A DNA stretch of 64,000 bases from Eutreptiella sp. 'Long Island Sound 2002'. Its lineage: Eukaryota; Protista; Euglenida. The DNA is taken from positions 2,356,001-2,420,000 of the forward strand of contig OZ038378.1 in NCBI GenBank assembly GCA_964036045.1. Reading direction: 5' to 3'. Position 1 is the first letter of the stretch. Each line of letters opens with the position of its first letter. The position numbers and the translations under genes were made by a program. Below, one piece after another: positions 1-12,700 of this stretch. The notes under the pieces are model-generated. The model was given only the letters and a program-made list of their open reading frames with translations. It was not told where the DNA came from and did not search any database.

Positions 1-521
1 GATTCATGGCCGCGCGGCATGGGACTATATCCCCGACCCTCCGCGCCGGAGTCCCTTTTTTGGGGGGGCTGAGGGGGGGGGGGGGGGGCTGGCGGTTGTT
101 GTGTGCTCCCTCCCTCGTGGGGGGGGGGGTCGCCGGTGGGAGCTCCGTCCGGCTTGGCCGAAAAAACCCGGTGGCGTCCCCTGGGCTCGTGGGCCCCTTC
201 GAGGAAGAACCTCGGATTCGCCGGGGGGGAATCCGCTACGTTCCCTTCGGTGGTGCTGAGTTGTTAAAAGGAGCCGATGCCCGCCCCCCCCCCCCCCCAT
301 ACCACAGCAACAACACCCGAACGCCGGGTCCGTGGGGCCGAAGGGGCGCGCTGCCAGTGCAGGAGGTACGGGGACACGGCCGCGCACGAAGCGGCAGAAG
401 ATGCGCCATCGATGGCGCGTAGACCTCCGCAGCCTCCAGCTCGACGCAGCCGCACACGTCTGGCCTCCGCCACCCCCCCTTTTGGTGGAGTGCAGGAGCA
501 CCGGCCCATACCCGCGGCCCC

Positions 522-755
522 TCACGCCTTCTGGGCGTAGTGGGGGAGCACGGAGGCCGCCCGCTGCTGGAGCTGATCATCGTCCGGGTAGCGGGGCACG
601 ACGGCCTTGAGCTGCGCAATCACGTGCTGCAGCTGCGCCCGGGCCTCTGCGATGGGCCGCAGTTTGTCTAAGAGATTGAGCACCAAGAGCAGCACCGGCG
701 TTTTGTCCACCGCATCGCTGGACTTGGCAGCGCTGGACATGAGTTGCGGGAGCCC
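522..755 (-). CDS. Terminal exon, helical (GLPQLMSSAAKSSDAVDKTPVLLLVLNLLDKL...HYAQKA*)
   Basis: cttgcag|ggg acceptor and in-frame TGA at 522-524. Confidence 0.85.
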   Translation of the reverse strand, partial: GLPQLMSSAAKSSDAVDKTPVLLLVLNLLDKLRPIAEARAQLQHVIAQLKAVVPRYPDDDQLQQRAASVLPHYAQKA

Positions 756-3700
756 CTGCAAGAATGAGGGCAGCCATGCAAATGGAGGGGGGGTGATGAC
801 ATGCAGGGGGTTTGGTGGGGGGGGGAAGGGGGACCCCCTCCTCCGAACTGTTGGGTATGCGGCCCAAGTGTGATCCGACTATTCGCAACGCCCCTATTTG
901 CATGTACGGTAGGGTTGCATCAGCCTGGGTATTTCCAGCAATGGGTACAGAAAACCTCAAGACTGCGGGTGTCTGAGGCGGTCATGGGGTTTGAAATACA
1001 AACTGGGGTTAGAGAAACATCATAGGGTGAGAAATGCATCAAGGGTAAAGTGGAAGCCTAGCCCACAAGCCTAGGACCTCAGGTCTCAAATGTCTTGCAG
1101 CCCCGGTGCCTGACCCCTGTCTCACCCCAGTCTCTTCTCCCCTCCCCCGGCGTGGCTGAGGTGCAGCTGTGGGGCTGTGGAGGTGTGGGGTGGTGAGGCT
1201 GCAGAGGGCTGTGTGGCGGTGGGGCTGGACGGGCGCCGGGCCATACCTGTTCCACCAGCGCACTCAACTCCTTGCCGCCCTCCACAACGCGGTCCACTAT
1301 GTAGAGCCCCATCAGCAGCACCTTGAAGTTGGGGTCCAAGTCCTTCATGATTTGCAGCACCGTTTCCAGGGCCCCGTTCCGGACCTTGTCACAGGCCTCC
1401 CCCTGAGAACAAGGGCATGGCAAACGGCAGAGCACTCGGGGAAGGACGTTACTTGAGAATGGGGCAGCGTGTCCCTCACAGGGCCTTACTGATGGCCGGC
1501 TCTGCCGCAGGAATGCGGCGAATGTGAATTATCGCCGATTCACGTTGGNNNNNNNNNNNNNNNNNNNNNNNNNNNNNNNNNNNNNNNNNNNNNNNNNNNN
1601 NNNNNNNNNNNNNNNNNNNNNNNNNNNNNNNNNNNNNNNNNNNNNNNNNNNNNNNNNNNNNNNNNNNNNNNNNNNNNNNNNNNNNNNNNNNNNNNNNNNN
1701 NNNNNNNNNNNNNNNNNNNNNNNNNNNNNNNNNNNNNNNNNNNNNNNNATCGGAATGACTGGACCACTTGGGCCAGACCAAAATTCCAGACCACACCAGG
1801 CCCACTGACTCCACAAGACAGGGTGCACTAGAGGGCGGCCTGGTGGCGCATACCCATGTGGGAGTAAAGCCGGATGTACACGAATTGGCGGCACTTCTGC
1901 GGTTGCCAGTTTACCGATGGAAACTCTGGGAGGCCGTTGGCAAACCGGAACAAGAAGCTGCTGAGCTCCCGTTCTTGGCCACCCCGAGCGGGGGACTTGA
2001 TGGGCAAAGTGATGACCTGCATAGAGGAAGTACATGGCAGAGGACCCACAGCTCATGTACACCCCAAAGTGCTCACCACGTCGCGCTGATCATGCTGAGA
2101 TCCTTATTTTGGGGTGAAGGACATGTTGGGGTCTCTTGGAGATGAATCGGGGGGTGGGGCAGGGCTCCTTTTAAGGGGAGGGAGGGTGGGTCCAGGGGGG
2201 TGGGTGGGTGGGTCCCCCCCGCCCCCGAAGGCGCTGAAGAAAATTTTGGGTCCAAACTAATTGCCGCCAAAGGCACCAGAGACAATTTTTGATCGGCCAA
2301 AGTCGCCAAAAGAAAATTTGGCCCAATCTTTTTTAGGGGGAGGGGAGGGGGGGATCCAGGGGGGTGGGGGCACCCCCCCCCCCACCCTCACCCCAGCCCC
2401 CCAAGTGGTGCGGAGTTGTCAAACGGGGCCCTGGTGGGGGATCGAGCCCCGAATAAGATTGCCAAGGAGGGGTCCTGACGGGCCCCTGGGCCCTGCACCC
2501 TGCCATCCTCTTTCACCCTGCTTCTGAACGCCCCCAGCAGGGGGCTGTTGGACCGAAGACAGTGGTTGGGTGGATCCGACTTTGGTCCCCCAGTAGCGAC
2601 CACGAAAGCCCAACAAAGAAGAGGGCACCGAAAGCGCTGCTCCAGGACACAGGACGCCTGCAGTGCGAGAGTGGGGTGGGGTAGGGTGGGGTAGGGTGGA
2701 GGGTTTGCCAGTTGGTACTGCTGGTTTGATGGCTGTAGACGGCGGATGCTTTTGCGGTGCAGTGGCTCCCATGCTCCCCGAAATAGAGTGACTGGGGAGC
2801 GGGGTGGGCTGTGGGTGATAGTGAATTACTGGTCCCATTGCACACGGCTGCAGCATCTTGCCCCCGCAATGCTGCTCTGAGGCCAGAAATGGAGGGGGGG
2901 CGGACACGGGGCAGGGGTGGGGAGCTGAACGGGGGAGGGGGGCTGCAGGGCGTGGGGCTTGAACCACGGGGGCTGCTCCCAGCCAGGGTTCGACCGCCAG
3001 GGGCGTTCAACCGTTTCAGGCGTTGTAGAGAGGGGGGAGCCCCCCCCCCCCCTTCGTTGACCCAAACCTCGGGGGTTGGTGGGTCAGGCGGTCAGCCGCC
3101 GGGCTCCGGGGGGGGGGGGGGGGGCAGTCGGTGGGTACCCCAACATACATACCTCAAAATGATCCCCATGACGCGCTGATCATTTTGAATATACACAACT
3201 GGGGGAAATTTTTTTCCAAAACATTTGCCCATCAACTCAGGCTCCCATCAGCCAAGAACCGACCCGGAGGTCGGGTCGGGATCAAAATCCTTTTTTGTGT
3301 TTTTCATCCCTTTTTGAATTCTCCACGAAATTCCGAGTATTTGAGTATAGACACATAGGGTCAAACAAAAAAAATTCCCCCTGCCATATGCCTAAAACAA
3401 AATCTCCGGCGCCCACAAAACCCAGTGTTCCGTACAACCATTTTGGGGTCTGTAGAGCCCCCCCCCCCCCCCCCCTTGGGGTCAGGTCCTGGCTGGGAGC
3501 AGCCCCCATGGCATGAACTGGGGTGGGGTGAGGGCGGGCACAACAAGCCTCACCAAAGGGGGGGCGCAGCGCGAACGAAGCACAGTGTCCGTCACATGAA
3601 GCCACAACAACTCTCACCAGAACGTGCACAACCCGCCGAACGCCTGCCTGGAAATCACAGCCCACAAAACGCCCACGTGGGGGCAGAGGCCAAGAACCCC

Positions 3701-6700
3701 AAAAATAAACCAGCACCCAAATGGGGCATTCCCATCCCCTCCCCCCCACCTCGTGCTTGATGGCCCCAGCCAGAACAAAGAGTCATGCCCCCCCTCCCTT
3801 GCATTTGTCACAGGAGCTTGTGGTGAGGTCTGGGGCTTCATTCCGCTTGGCCTCGGGAGTTGATGGTTGTGGAGGAGCCACTTGTTCCACTGAGTCTTGT
3901 GTCTGCGTGATGTAGTTGGGCAGGCCTGAGTGCATGGGGCTCCCAGTGATTGGGAATGATGGGACGACCGGGCCATTCCTACTCCCCTGCAGGGAGCATG
4001 GGTCTCATGGCAACGGGGAAGATGCATATGGACGGGCAGGGCAGGCAGTCGAGCGGGCGGAATGGATGGAGGAGGGTGGAACAAGCACTCTTGTTAAGAG
4101 CAGGCGCTGACGAGGTTCCCTAACACAATCACGCTACCCCCGACCTGCACCTGCACTGACGTGCCCCGCAACATCCCAGGCCCATACAGCACGCATACCA
4201 AAATGAAATTGGATCCTTCCCCGTTCTCGAAGTGGTACTGCACGGTTGCAGATCCTGAGCATTTTTTAATGTCCTGCTGCCAAGCCTCTGCATACTGCCT
4301 CTTGGCAGCCTCCAGAAGCATCCCAGGGAACCACAGCTTGACATACGGCTTCACCTGACAGAACAAGTGGGATGTAGAACAGAGGCACAGGAACCCAACG
4401 TGAACGGATTCCAGTCACTCACCAGAGCAAATACTTGGGCCATACGCCCTCGGGGTCTTCCGCTCCACCATAGTACCTTGGCTCCTTCTGTGCTTTCTTC
4501 AATTGGATTGATGTACGACTCTGTGTCCGCTGTCTATGCTTTGCCCTTTGTCCCCTGTGGCAATCTCTTTTGCAAATGCGAGCAGCAGCACAGGCACAAC
4601 GATGGACAGCAGGCAGGAGCACAGAGAGGAAGAGAGGGGCGGCTGGCAAGAAGGGGGCTGAAGCACGTAAACATGAGGACCAAAGCGGGTAAGAGGGCAG
4701 GAGTGAGACGAGTGTGAGCATACATTGGGGTTTGAGAGAAGCGGAGGGGGCGCACCAGAGAGATCACGCAGCAGTATGGCAAGCGAAGGCAGGCAGAAGG
4801 CATGAAACATGACGAAGGGCAGCACGTGAGGCAAGAAGAGATGGGAAACCACAAAGGGCATTGGCCGGTACAACGACAAGAACTATTGTCAATTCAGGTC
4901 AGAGATGTCCGGCTGACACACAAACAGTGTCAGCGGAACCCATGGGAGATTGACCTTGTGTACAGCTGTTCACGAAAAGCGCCAGAAACTAGTCAGAGCA
5001 TGCGAACAAGGCAAGGGCGAAAGCAGGCAGGCAAACCGAGCGGCTGACAGATCAAGCAAGCACAGCGACGCAACGACACAGCAAAGTCAGGGCAGGTGGC
5101 AGGCCAAATGGATCAGAAACATGATGGCAAAAGGCCGGTGTGAGGATAGCGAGATGAAATAGAGAGAGGAGAAGGTATGGAGGAGAGAACGGCAGGAGGG
5201 GCAGCCGAGCTCAACAACAATGATGACAAGGTCCCGCAACCAATGGCACACAGTGCGACCCTCATACAACTGCCGGATTCCTCTGTTACGACACCGCATA
5301 TCAGAGAGCTGGGCAGTCAACAGTAAGGCCCTAGGAACGCAACATGTCGGCTTTGACATACATAAACATGAATCTAGGCCTTTGGGAACTCGCCGGACTT
5401 TCGACCCGAATAGAGGGGGGCTCTTGAAACGGGGCTTGAAGGCCCTCCCCCATGTCAATGTTTACGGGCCCCTGAGTGTGCTTGAGTGTGGCAACGGAAT
5501 TGAAATGGCGGTTGGCATTGTGATTGAGGTGCTGAGTGGGGTTTGTTTGGGATTTCCGTTGGAATTGGGAGTGGCAGAGGGTGTAGCTGTGGTGAGGAGG
5601 CACTGTTGTACCTGGCAGAGATGTTGCGGGAAGGTACAGTGACTGGTGTGTCGAAAAAAAAAGGCCCACCTGCCCCCGCCCGGGTCCTTGTTCATCCTGC
5701 CCTATCCAATTTCAGTGCCCAGATTACTGATCCCAATCCCAATGATCATGCTGATCCCACTCCCAACCCCATTCCCACCCGCAATCATAACAACAATCAC
5801 AACCCCCATCCCATTGCTGGACCCATTCACACAGCTCATCAGAATCCCAATCCCCATCCCACTCTCGCAACCCCACACCCAATTCTATCACCATCCCGTT
5901 TTCACACATCGTGCATGACCCCCCCTTCCACACCCCTCCCACACCCCTCCCCACTCCAAATACCCAGGAGGGGTCGGCGAGCTGTGTCACCCTTGGGGTC
6001 CCATGTCATCTGAGGTGACGAAGGCGCAGCGGGCTCACCCGGGCGCTCCGCTCCCTGAAATGCTCCTGGAGCAGGGAACTGTTCCGCGTGCCCCAGGACC
6101 TTCCATCCACCAGGACACCACCCCCCCAGCTGGTGTAGCACTCTGTGCAGCGCTGCCTGTGCCCCTCTAGGTCAGTCAAAGAGCGCTGCAGACCACACGT
6201 CCTGGCTACGCGCCCCATGCACCCCTCCGGGGTTCAGTCGTGGGCCGGCGGAAGCGGCAGGTCACATGACCCACAGACGCCCCCAGCAGCCATACTGCTC
6301 CCCTGCCCCACCCCTGGGGCCCGGAGCACCTGGCACACACAACCCCTCATGCGGTGGCACACAACCCGGAGAGCACACACAGAACAGCACCCGCCACGAC
6401 AGATGCCGGGCCAAGCACCTGCCAGAGGTGAGACCCGGTGCCCCCCCCCCCCGGACGCGCGCCGACGACGCACACAGGCACGGCGGTAGCTCCCTCCCAT
6501 CAGCGCATCGGTGGGTTAGGGGATCGTCAACAGTCTGGGCGGCTGTGAAACCAGACGATCGGAGGCAGACGCCCAATCGCACCAGCGAGGTAAAGACGCA
6601 CAGGCTGTGGGACCCTCGCCTTCAGCGCAAGCCGAGACCCAACCCAACCCAACCCACTCCAAAAACTATTCCTACCCGGGACCACGCTCGCTCCCAGCAG

Positions 6701-9700
6701 CTATCCCAATCCCCCACATTCCCACTCCAACTCCCAGGCACTATCCCAACCAGCTCCAGCAAACCCTTACAATCCCAGACTCCACGAGCGAAGACCTGAT
6801 ATTTATTCTCTTCCATGTTGTCGGTTGCAGCCGCACCAGCGCCGGGAGCAGCTGCTCCCTTAATTTGGTCAAGTATCGCAAGGTGCACACTCGTGTCCGT
6901 CAAATCCTCCTTGGGGTCCACTGCCACGAGCATGCCCAGCATCATGCGCTTCAGCCTGCCCCCGCGCTTCGCATCCTTCCGCTTCAGCTTTGTCTGGTAA
7001 ATCATCTTGGCCGGGTACATCTCCCCAACGTATTCGCCTGAGTGCGCAAAGATGCGGTCATGCACACACAGCCCCCAAGCTGTTCCAGGGGATGTGCTGA
7101 CCTGTGTGGATGCCATCATGCAAACATGTCTGAGTTTGACTCAGGGGTGCATTGCAGGATGCTTTTGAATCTCAACAAACAACCCCCCCTTCCCCGGCGG
7201 CCTCTGGTGCCCTGATTCCCAGCCATCTACTGCCGCCGCTTCAGCCCTCGGTCCGTCTGTTGACAGCACACTGGAGTTGGACACGGGGTACCAATTTAAC
7301 GGGTGAAGGAGGGAAAGGAGTACCAGGGAATATGTGAACCATCTGCCCCTGTGAGATGTGGTGGTGCTGGTGCGGATGACAACTTGTGACACCGGGGTGG
7401 ACCGGCAGCGAGGAGGGCCCTGAGGGTCGGCGTGGCGGGCGCTGCTATCCGCTTGCACACGCGCCAAAGAACCGGGTGGGCGGGCTTTCTACGTGGGGGA
7501 GGGGGGGGGATAGAGCCCCCTGGCTAGATCCCCCCTCAAAAGGGCTCAATTGACAGGCCCCCAAAATCCCACGAGACTGACCCCCGGGCCCCGGAGGTGG
7601 CCCGGACCCGAAATTCGGCAAAATATGAAAATGGGATTTTTGGGATCAGCGCATCAAGGGGGTTCAGAAAAAGCATCATTTGCCATGCATTTGGTGGGGG
7701 GGATTGACCATTTCCAATGGTCAAAAAGATTTTCGGCGCCTGTGGCGCCAGACTTCATAATCACTGATTCATGTATCTGTCAATTGATCTCTTTTCCTAG
7801 TCCCGCCCCCAGTTTTTTGGGGGCTCTATTGACCTCCCCCCCCCCCCCCAAGCTGAAAACCCTCTCCGGGCTCTCCGGGCTCACACGCGCAGTCGCAAGG
7901 GCCTGGCTACGCACAACTGCACCGTCAAGGGCGAAGGAGGTGTATGTCTGTTGGAGAGAGATTGTTGTGTGGGTCCAGCAGAGCGCCAGCCGTGCTGCGA
8001 GAGGCTGGGACAAGAAAGGGGGCAGCAGGATCGGTCACCCGTCTTCAAACTGAAGATGGTGCAAAACTGCACGCCAACAACAGTGAGACCCCCATCACTT
8101 GGGACTATGCCCTCAACACCAGCCGGAATGCCGTTTCTCGGTCGCTGTGCCCCTTTCGTGCACCTACGACTGCACCTTCAATGCTTTCAGGCCGCTCTCT
8201 TCATCTTGCTGAGTCACGAGTTGATGCCGTGCTCTTGTTCGACACCGGCTACTCCCGCTCAACAGAAGTCTCCACTACATTTCTGCTGCTTCACGCAGCA
8301 AAACAGCCTTGAGACCAACACGAAAATGAGTGCTCAAAGAATGGTACCAAAATTGTGCTTCGCCATCGCTGCAGAAACAATGGTCTGGCACGCCGTTGCA
8401 AGCGGTGCTACTGTCATCACATCACAGCCCGTCCCTTCCAATGTTTGTTCTCATCTCGCACCTCTTCTGCCATGCCACGACCCCCATCGAGGGAGAGGAG
8501 CTTGCATCTCTTCTTCTGATTGCCAATTTGCAGGCCCCACGGCACTGCTTGCACTCAGCCCCACAGCGCAGCGCAGCGCAGGACCGCATACAGACCTGGC
8601 TCATCGTTCCGGGCCACGGAGCAACTGGGCTCTACCACCTGCAACTTTTGCAGTTTGTCAAACATATAAGAGCTCAAGTTCTCGAGAGAAATGCGGTTGT
8701 TCTCCTCTTCTGGCACATCCCCGCGCCTCTGGGGCTGCGCAGCGCCAAGAAGGCCCTTCTTGAAGTAGTACGAGGCCCAGGGAAACGGGCGTTGGGTATT
8801 GTGGAACCGCAAGAAATCCCCGGTGCTGGCCTGAGCAGGAGTAGAGGCAGGGTTCTGAGGGTCGTGTGTGTGCGTGCGTGCGTGCGTGCGTGTGTGTGTG
8901 TGTGTGTGCGTGCGTGTGTGTGTGTGTGTGTGTGTGACCTGTACTTTTAGAGGTGGATCCTTGTGCAGCGTTGGGCTGGACGCCCCATTCGGCTCAGGTC
9001 TGCTGAGGCCTCTGTGGAGCGTTCGTCCCCTCCCTTCTGCGGAATCAGAACCTCTGTGGTTTGTTGGTTAGCTAACCAGAGTGTTGGCTCTCCCGTGCCT
9101 CGTCAGACAAAGCGGATGGGCTACGGTGTCCTCGGCTGCAGTCTCCTCCAGTCCCTGTGGGACAGGCACTGGGGGGGACCGGGGCGGTGGTGTTTTTGGC
9201 CTCCTGCGCTTGGGGGCTGGAGGGGTGATTGGTTGGTGTTGGTGTGCGTGTGTGTGTGTGTGCCAAGGTATTCCATGCCTGCACACTGCAAATCATAGGG
9301 TGCTGCACTGAAGGCCCCAGCAGGGCTGCCCAGGCAGGGCTTCGCTGATTTGCCCAAGGACATCAGCTACAAACGCAACCATCCCACAGTGCACCACCAA
9401 GAGACGTACGGAGTGTGGGCATGCCTGTGTGTGGTGCGGGAGGACTGGCATTGGGTTACAGAATGGTCGCTGCCAGGGCTGGTGAGGGGGGTTTTGGTTG
9501 AGGGTTGTGGGATGGGTGACGGCTTTAGAGAGGGTCGTGGTCATGGTGGTATTCCGGTACGGGTGCTGTACGTAGCACATGTGCAACGCGATGCCGGGGC
9601 TACGGAGGGCCAGCGCTGAACGGGGTCCGTACCTTCAGCCAGAAGCTGTGCCCAGGCACTGCGGCCGGGTCCAAGTCAGGGACCTCGCGCCACCAATGCC

Positions 9701-12700
9701 TCTCTCCAAAGCCCACGGCCTCCACCGCCAGCATGCAGTGCACGCCCAATTTGATCTCTGTCCCCAGCACCAGCTCTTGGATCTCATGCATCATCAGGGC
9801 TGTATCTTCGGATGCCTCGAGCGGCGTGTCGGCAGCGAAGAGATATTGCACTGCAGGCGTAAAGGGAGCGGCAGGGCGACCCCTGGAAGGGGGCACTGTC
9901 CGGTCCATCCATTGAAACAATTTTGGGAAAATGCAAAAATCGCATGTTCTCACGCGTTCCACGGATATCAGCATTTTTCTGCAGGTCCCTCCAATTTGTC
10001 GAGATTGTCTGGCGCCTTCAGCACCGGAGACAGAGAAGAAGGAAGGGCGCCCTCACAGCTGCCCCGTGAGGTGCCACCATGCCAATGAGGTGTCCTGGAG
10101 ATGGTCCAGGTAAAGGCGGCGGGGGTGTCAACTGGGATGCGAAAACGAATCCCCCTGCTCAGGCATTCCCCTATGCCTGAGCTGTATCTGGAAACTGATA
10201 GCTGGAGCAGGCGTCCCACTTCATTTCGACTCAAGGCCTGCTCCTCCGGCATTGGCTGATCAAATGCCTGACCTGGGGGAACGGGTGGGGGATGGGGTGG
10301 GGCTTCTTGTCTGGTTGCGGAAGAGCGTACAGCGCAGGATGAAATGCGCCACAGGCAGCAACCGTGGAGGCTTAGAGGAGTGTATGGGGAAAGTAACCCA
10401 CACTGTGGCTCGGCCCGGAACTATACAGTCCAAAGCCCAGACTCCCAAATGCACATCCCAAAGCCGAAATCCAAAACACACAGCACGAAAACGCTGCTGG
10501 GGTGGATCTGACCGCAGGTCCAAAGCCTCTCAAAAACCCTTCCGTTGCGGGGACAACGTTAGCACAAACTGCCGCTGTCATGCACATGACCAGCGACGGC
10601 CGGGGACACGCTGCTCCGCACAGACAGACACACCTGGGGTGGGCTCCTCTATCACCGCTGCCTCCGTCTCATTGTTGGCTTCCTGTTGGCTTTCAGCCTC
10701 GGCATCGACCTCCTGCGCCTGGCGTGCGGGATGTTGAAATGCAGAAGGGGGCGCTGAGTGCGAGGGTGTCAGCAATCCCACCCTGTGCTACACCAGAATT
10801 CCGCTGCAGCTGCATGAATCACATCCTTTGATTCATGTTGATGCGGGCTCATGCCACATGGGAACTGCTTGTTGGCTGTGCCTTGCAGGTACTGTCTCAA
10901 CTGTAATTCTACAAATACGTACCATTGCTTCTCCGTGGGTCGGGCACAATGCCCGCACGGTGTCCTTTTTCTGCGATCCAGAACCGGTGCATTTTCCCCA
11001 GAGGGCCCCGCATTGGCTGTTTCGCTGGGCAACACACCAATGAACACGTCCCCCACCTTCTGCCCCTTTTGTGCCTAACACCATTGCAAACTTCCTGTCA
11101 CATTTGCTGCTTATACTCCTTCTTGTGGTGCTCCTTTGTAGAGGAGAGATTCATTTGCAATTGGGGTTGGGGGCGGTTGGGGATACAGAGCCAGCATAGC
11201 AGGCAAAATGTTTTTGGATTTTTTTTTTGGAATTTTGGTTTTGTTTGTGGGCGCTTGCATGTGAGCCGTGTGTGAAGTAGCCCGTGACCACCGCTGATTT
11301 TCTGATTGAGGACCCCTTCTCAGGATTTTCCGGCGAGGACAAGCTCAAAACTCATCCCAAAAAATTCCAAAAAAAATTCCAAAAACTAACACCATTGCAA
11401 ACTTCTTGTCACATTTGCTGCTCATACTCCTTCTTGTGGTGCTCCTTTGTAGAGGAGAGATTCATTTGCAATTGGGGTTGGGGGGCAGTTGGGGATACAG
11501 AGCCAGCATAGCAGGCAAAATCTTGGTGGTGGCTTGAACATTGGCCGTCAAGTGATGCAAGTGGTCAAAGGTTTTAGAAATTTCTGCTTCCGCATGAAAT
11601 ATTCCTCGACACACTCCGCATGTTTGTCTTCCGGGTCCTTGCAACGAAGAGGGGAAGGGATGCCTTTTTGCTCTTCGGCAAATTTGAACCTCCCATCAAA
11701 TTCTGAGCATTAGGACTACAGAGAGCAGGAGTAGAGTTTCATAAATCTTGCATAAACCATACTGCTTTCAGCAAAGTCCCTGGAAGAGTAGAAGGGAGCC
11801 AGGTGCTTACTGGAATGTAAGATTGCATTCCCTTGGGACCGCCCCTTCCCAATGGCCCGATGCAGTCAGCAGCGCACAGGATGGGTCCAAAACATGCTTC
11901 ATGTGTGATACTTTGATCATTTGATCATTGTGAGGGTCAAAGCGTGAACAAAAAATCGATGCTGTAATTCTCCATTTTTGAGCTGGCGAGGCTGAAAACT
12001 GCCCCAGCAGCTTATGCACCAGTGCCTTGGGAACCCTCCCCCAGCATCCAATACCCACCTAACTAGGTACTGGACTAATACTGAACTAGGTACTGAAACA
12101 TGCTTTGCATGTGACGTTTGATTGTTGTGAGTGGTTACCATGTCAAAACAATCAATTTTGAAAATGTTGGGTTCTGAGCTGTTGAGGTTAAAAACTTTGC
12201 AGTTTTGGCCCATTTCTTTTTGCCAATGCAAGCGATTCCCTAGCTTTCGGGAGGGGCGGGGGGGGGGGGGGGCATTGCTTGCGCTGGCAAGGGCTGCAGG
12301 CTAGAAAACATGTCCTTTTGCATCTTCCAGAGCTATATTTTCACAACATTCTCAATCCCACCCCTCAAGGGAGGGGTACAGCAGGGTCACTGAGGCCGCC
12401 AAAAATGGTTTCCGCACTTGCCTTAACAACACTCACCATTTTCACTGCAAACGGTGGCAAGGCATCTTTTGGACAGGCCATGACCGCCCCTGGGTTGCCA
12501 AACGTGTTCTTTTGCATGCCATAGTGGGTATACAGCCTGTTGGGGTGTTCCACGGGCCCTAAAAACACCGGAACCACTATCACAACAAAAAATATCCAAA
12601 ACTACATCAACTACATCAGCGCTAATCCCATACTGCCTGGGCAAGCCCCTCAAAAACGACTTAAAAAATTTTGTCTCAAAATCATAGAATACAGAAAAAA

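Noticed and set aside
6-525. Overlapping 120-166 aa ORFs at the window start and similar G/P/R-rich ORFs throughout
   Set aside because: They come from GC-rich, poly-G/C, stop-poor DNA downstream of the gene's stop codon or inside repeats, with no recognisable motifs.
8030-8150. Possible extra exon (RPRNGIPAG...FCTIFSLKT) with a phase-1 donor
   Set aside because: The acceptor is poor, and exon 8596-8830 already joins 7037 in frame via cca g|gtctgt.
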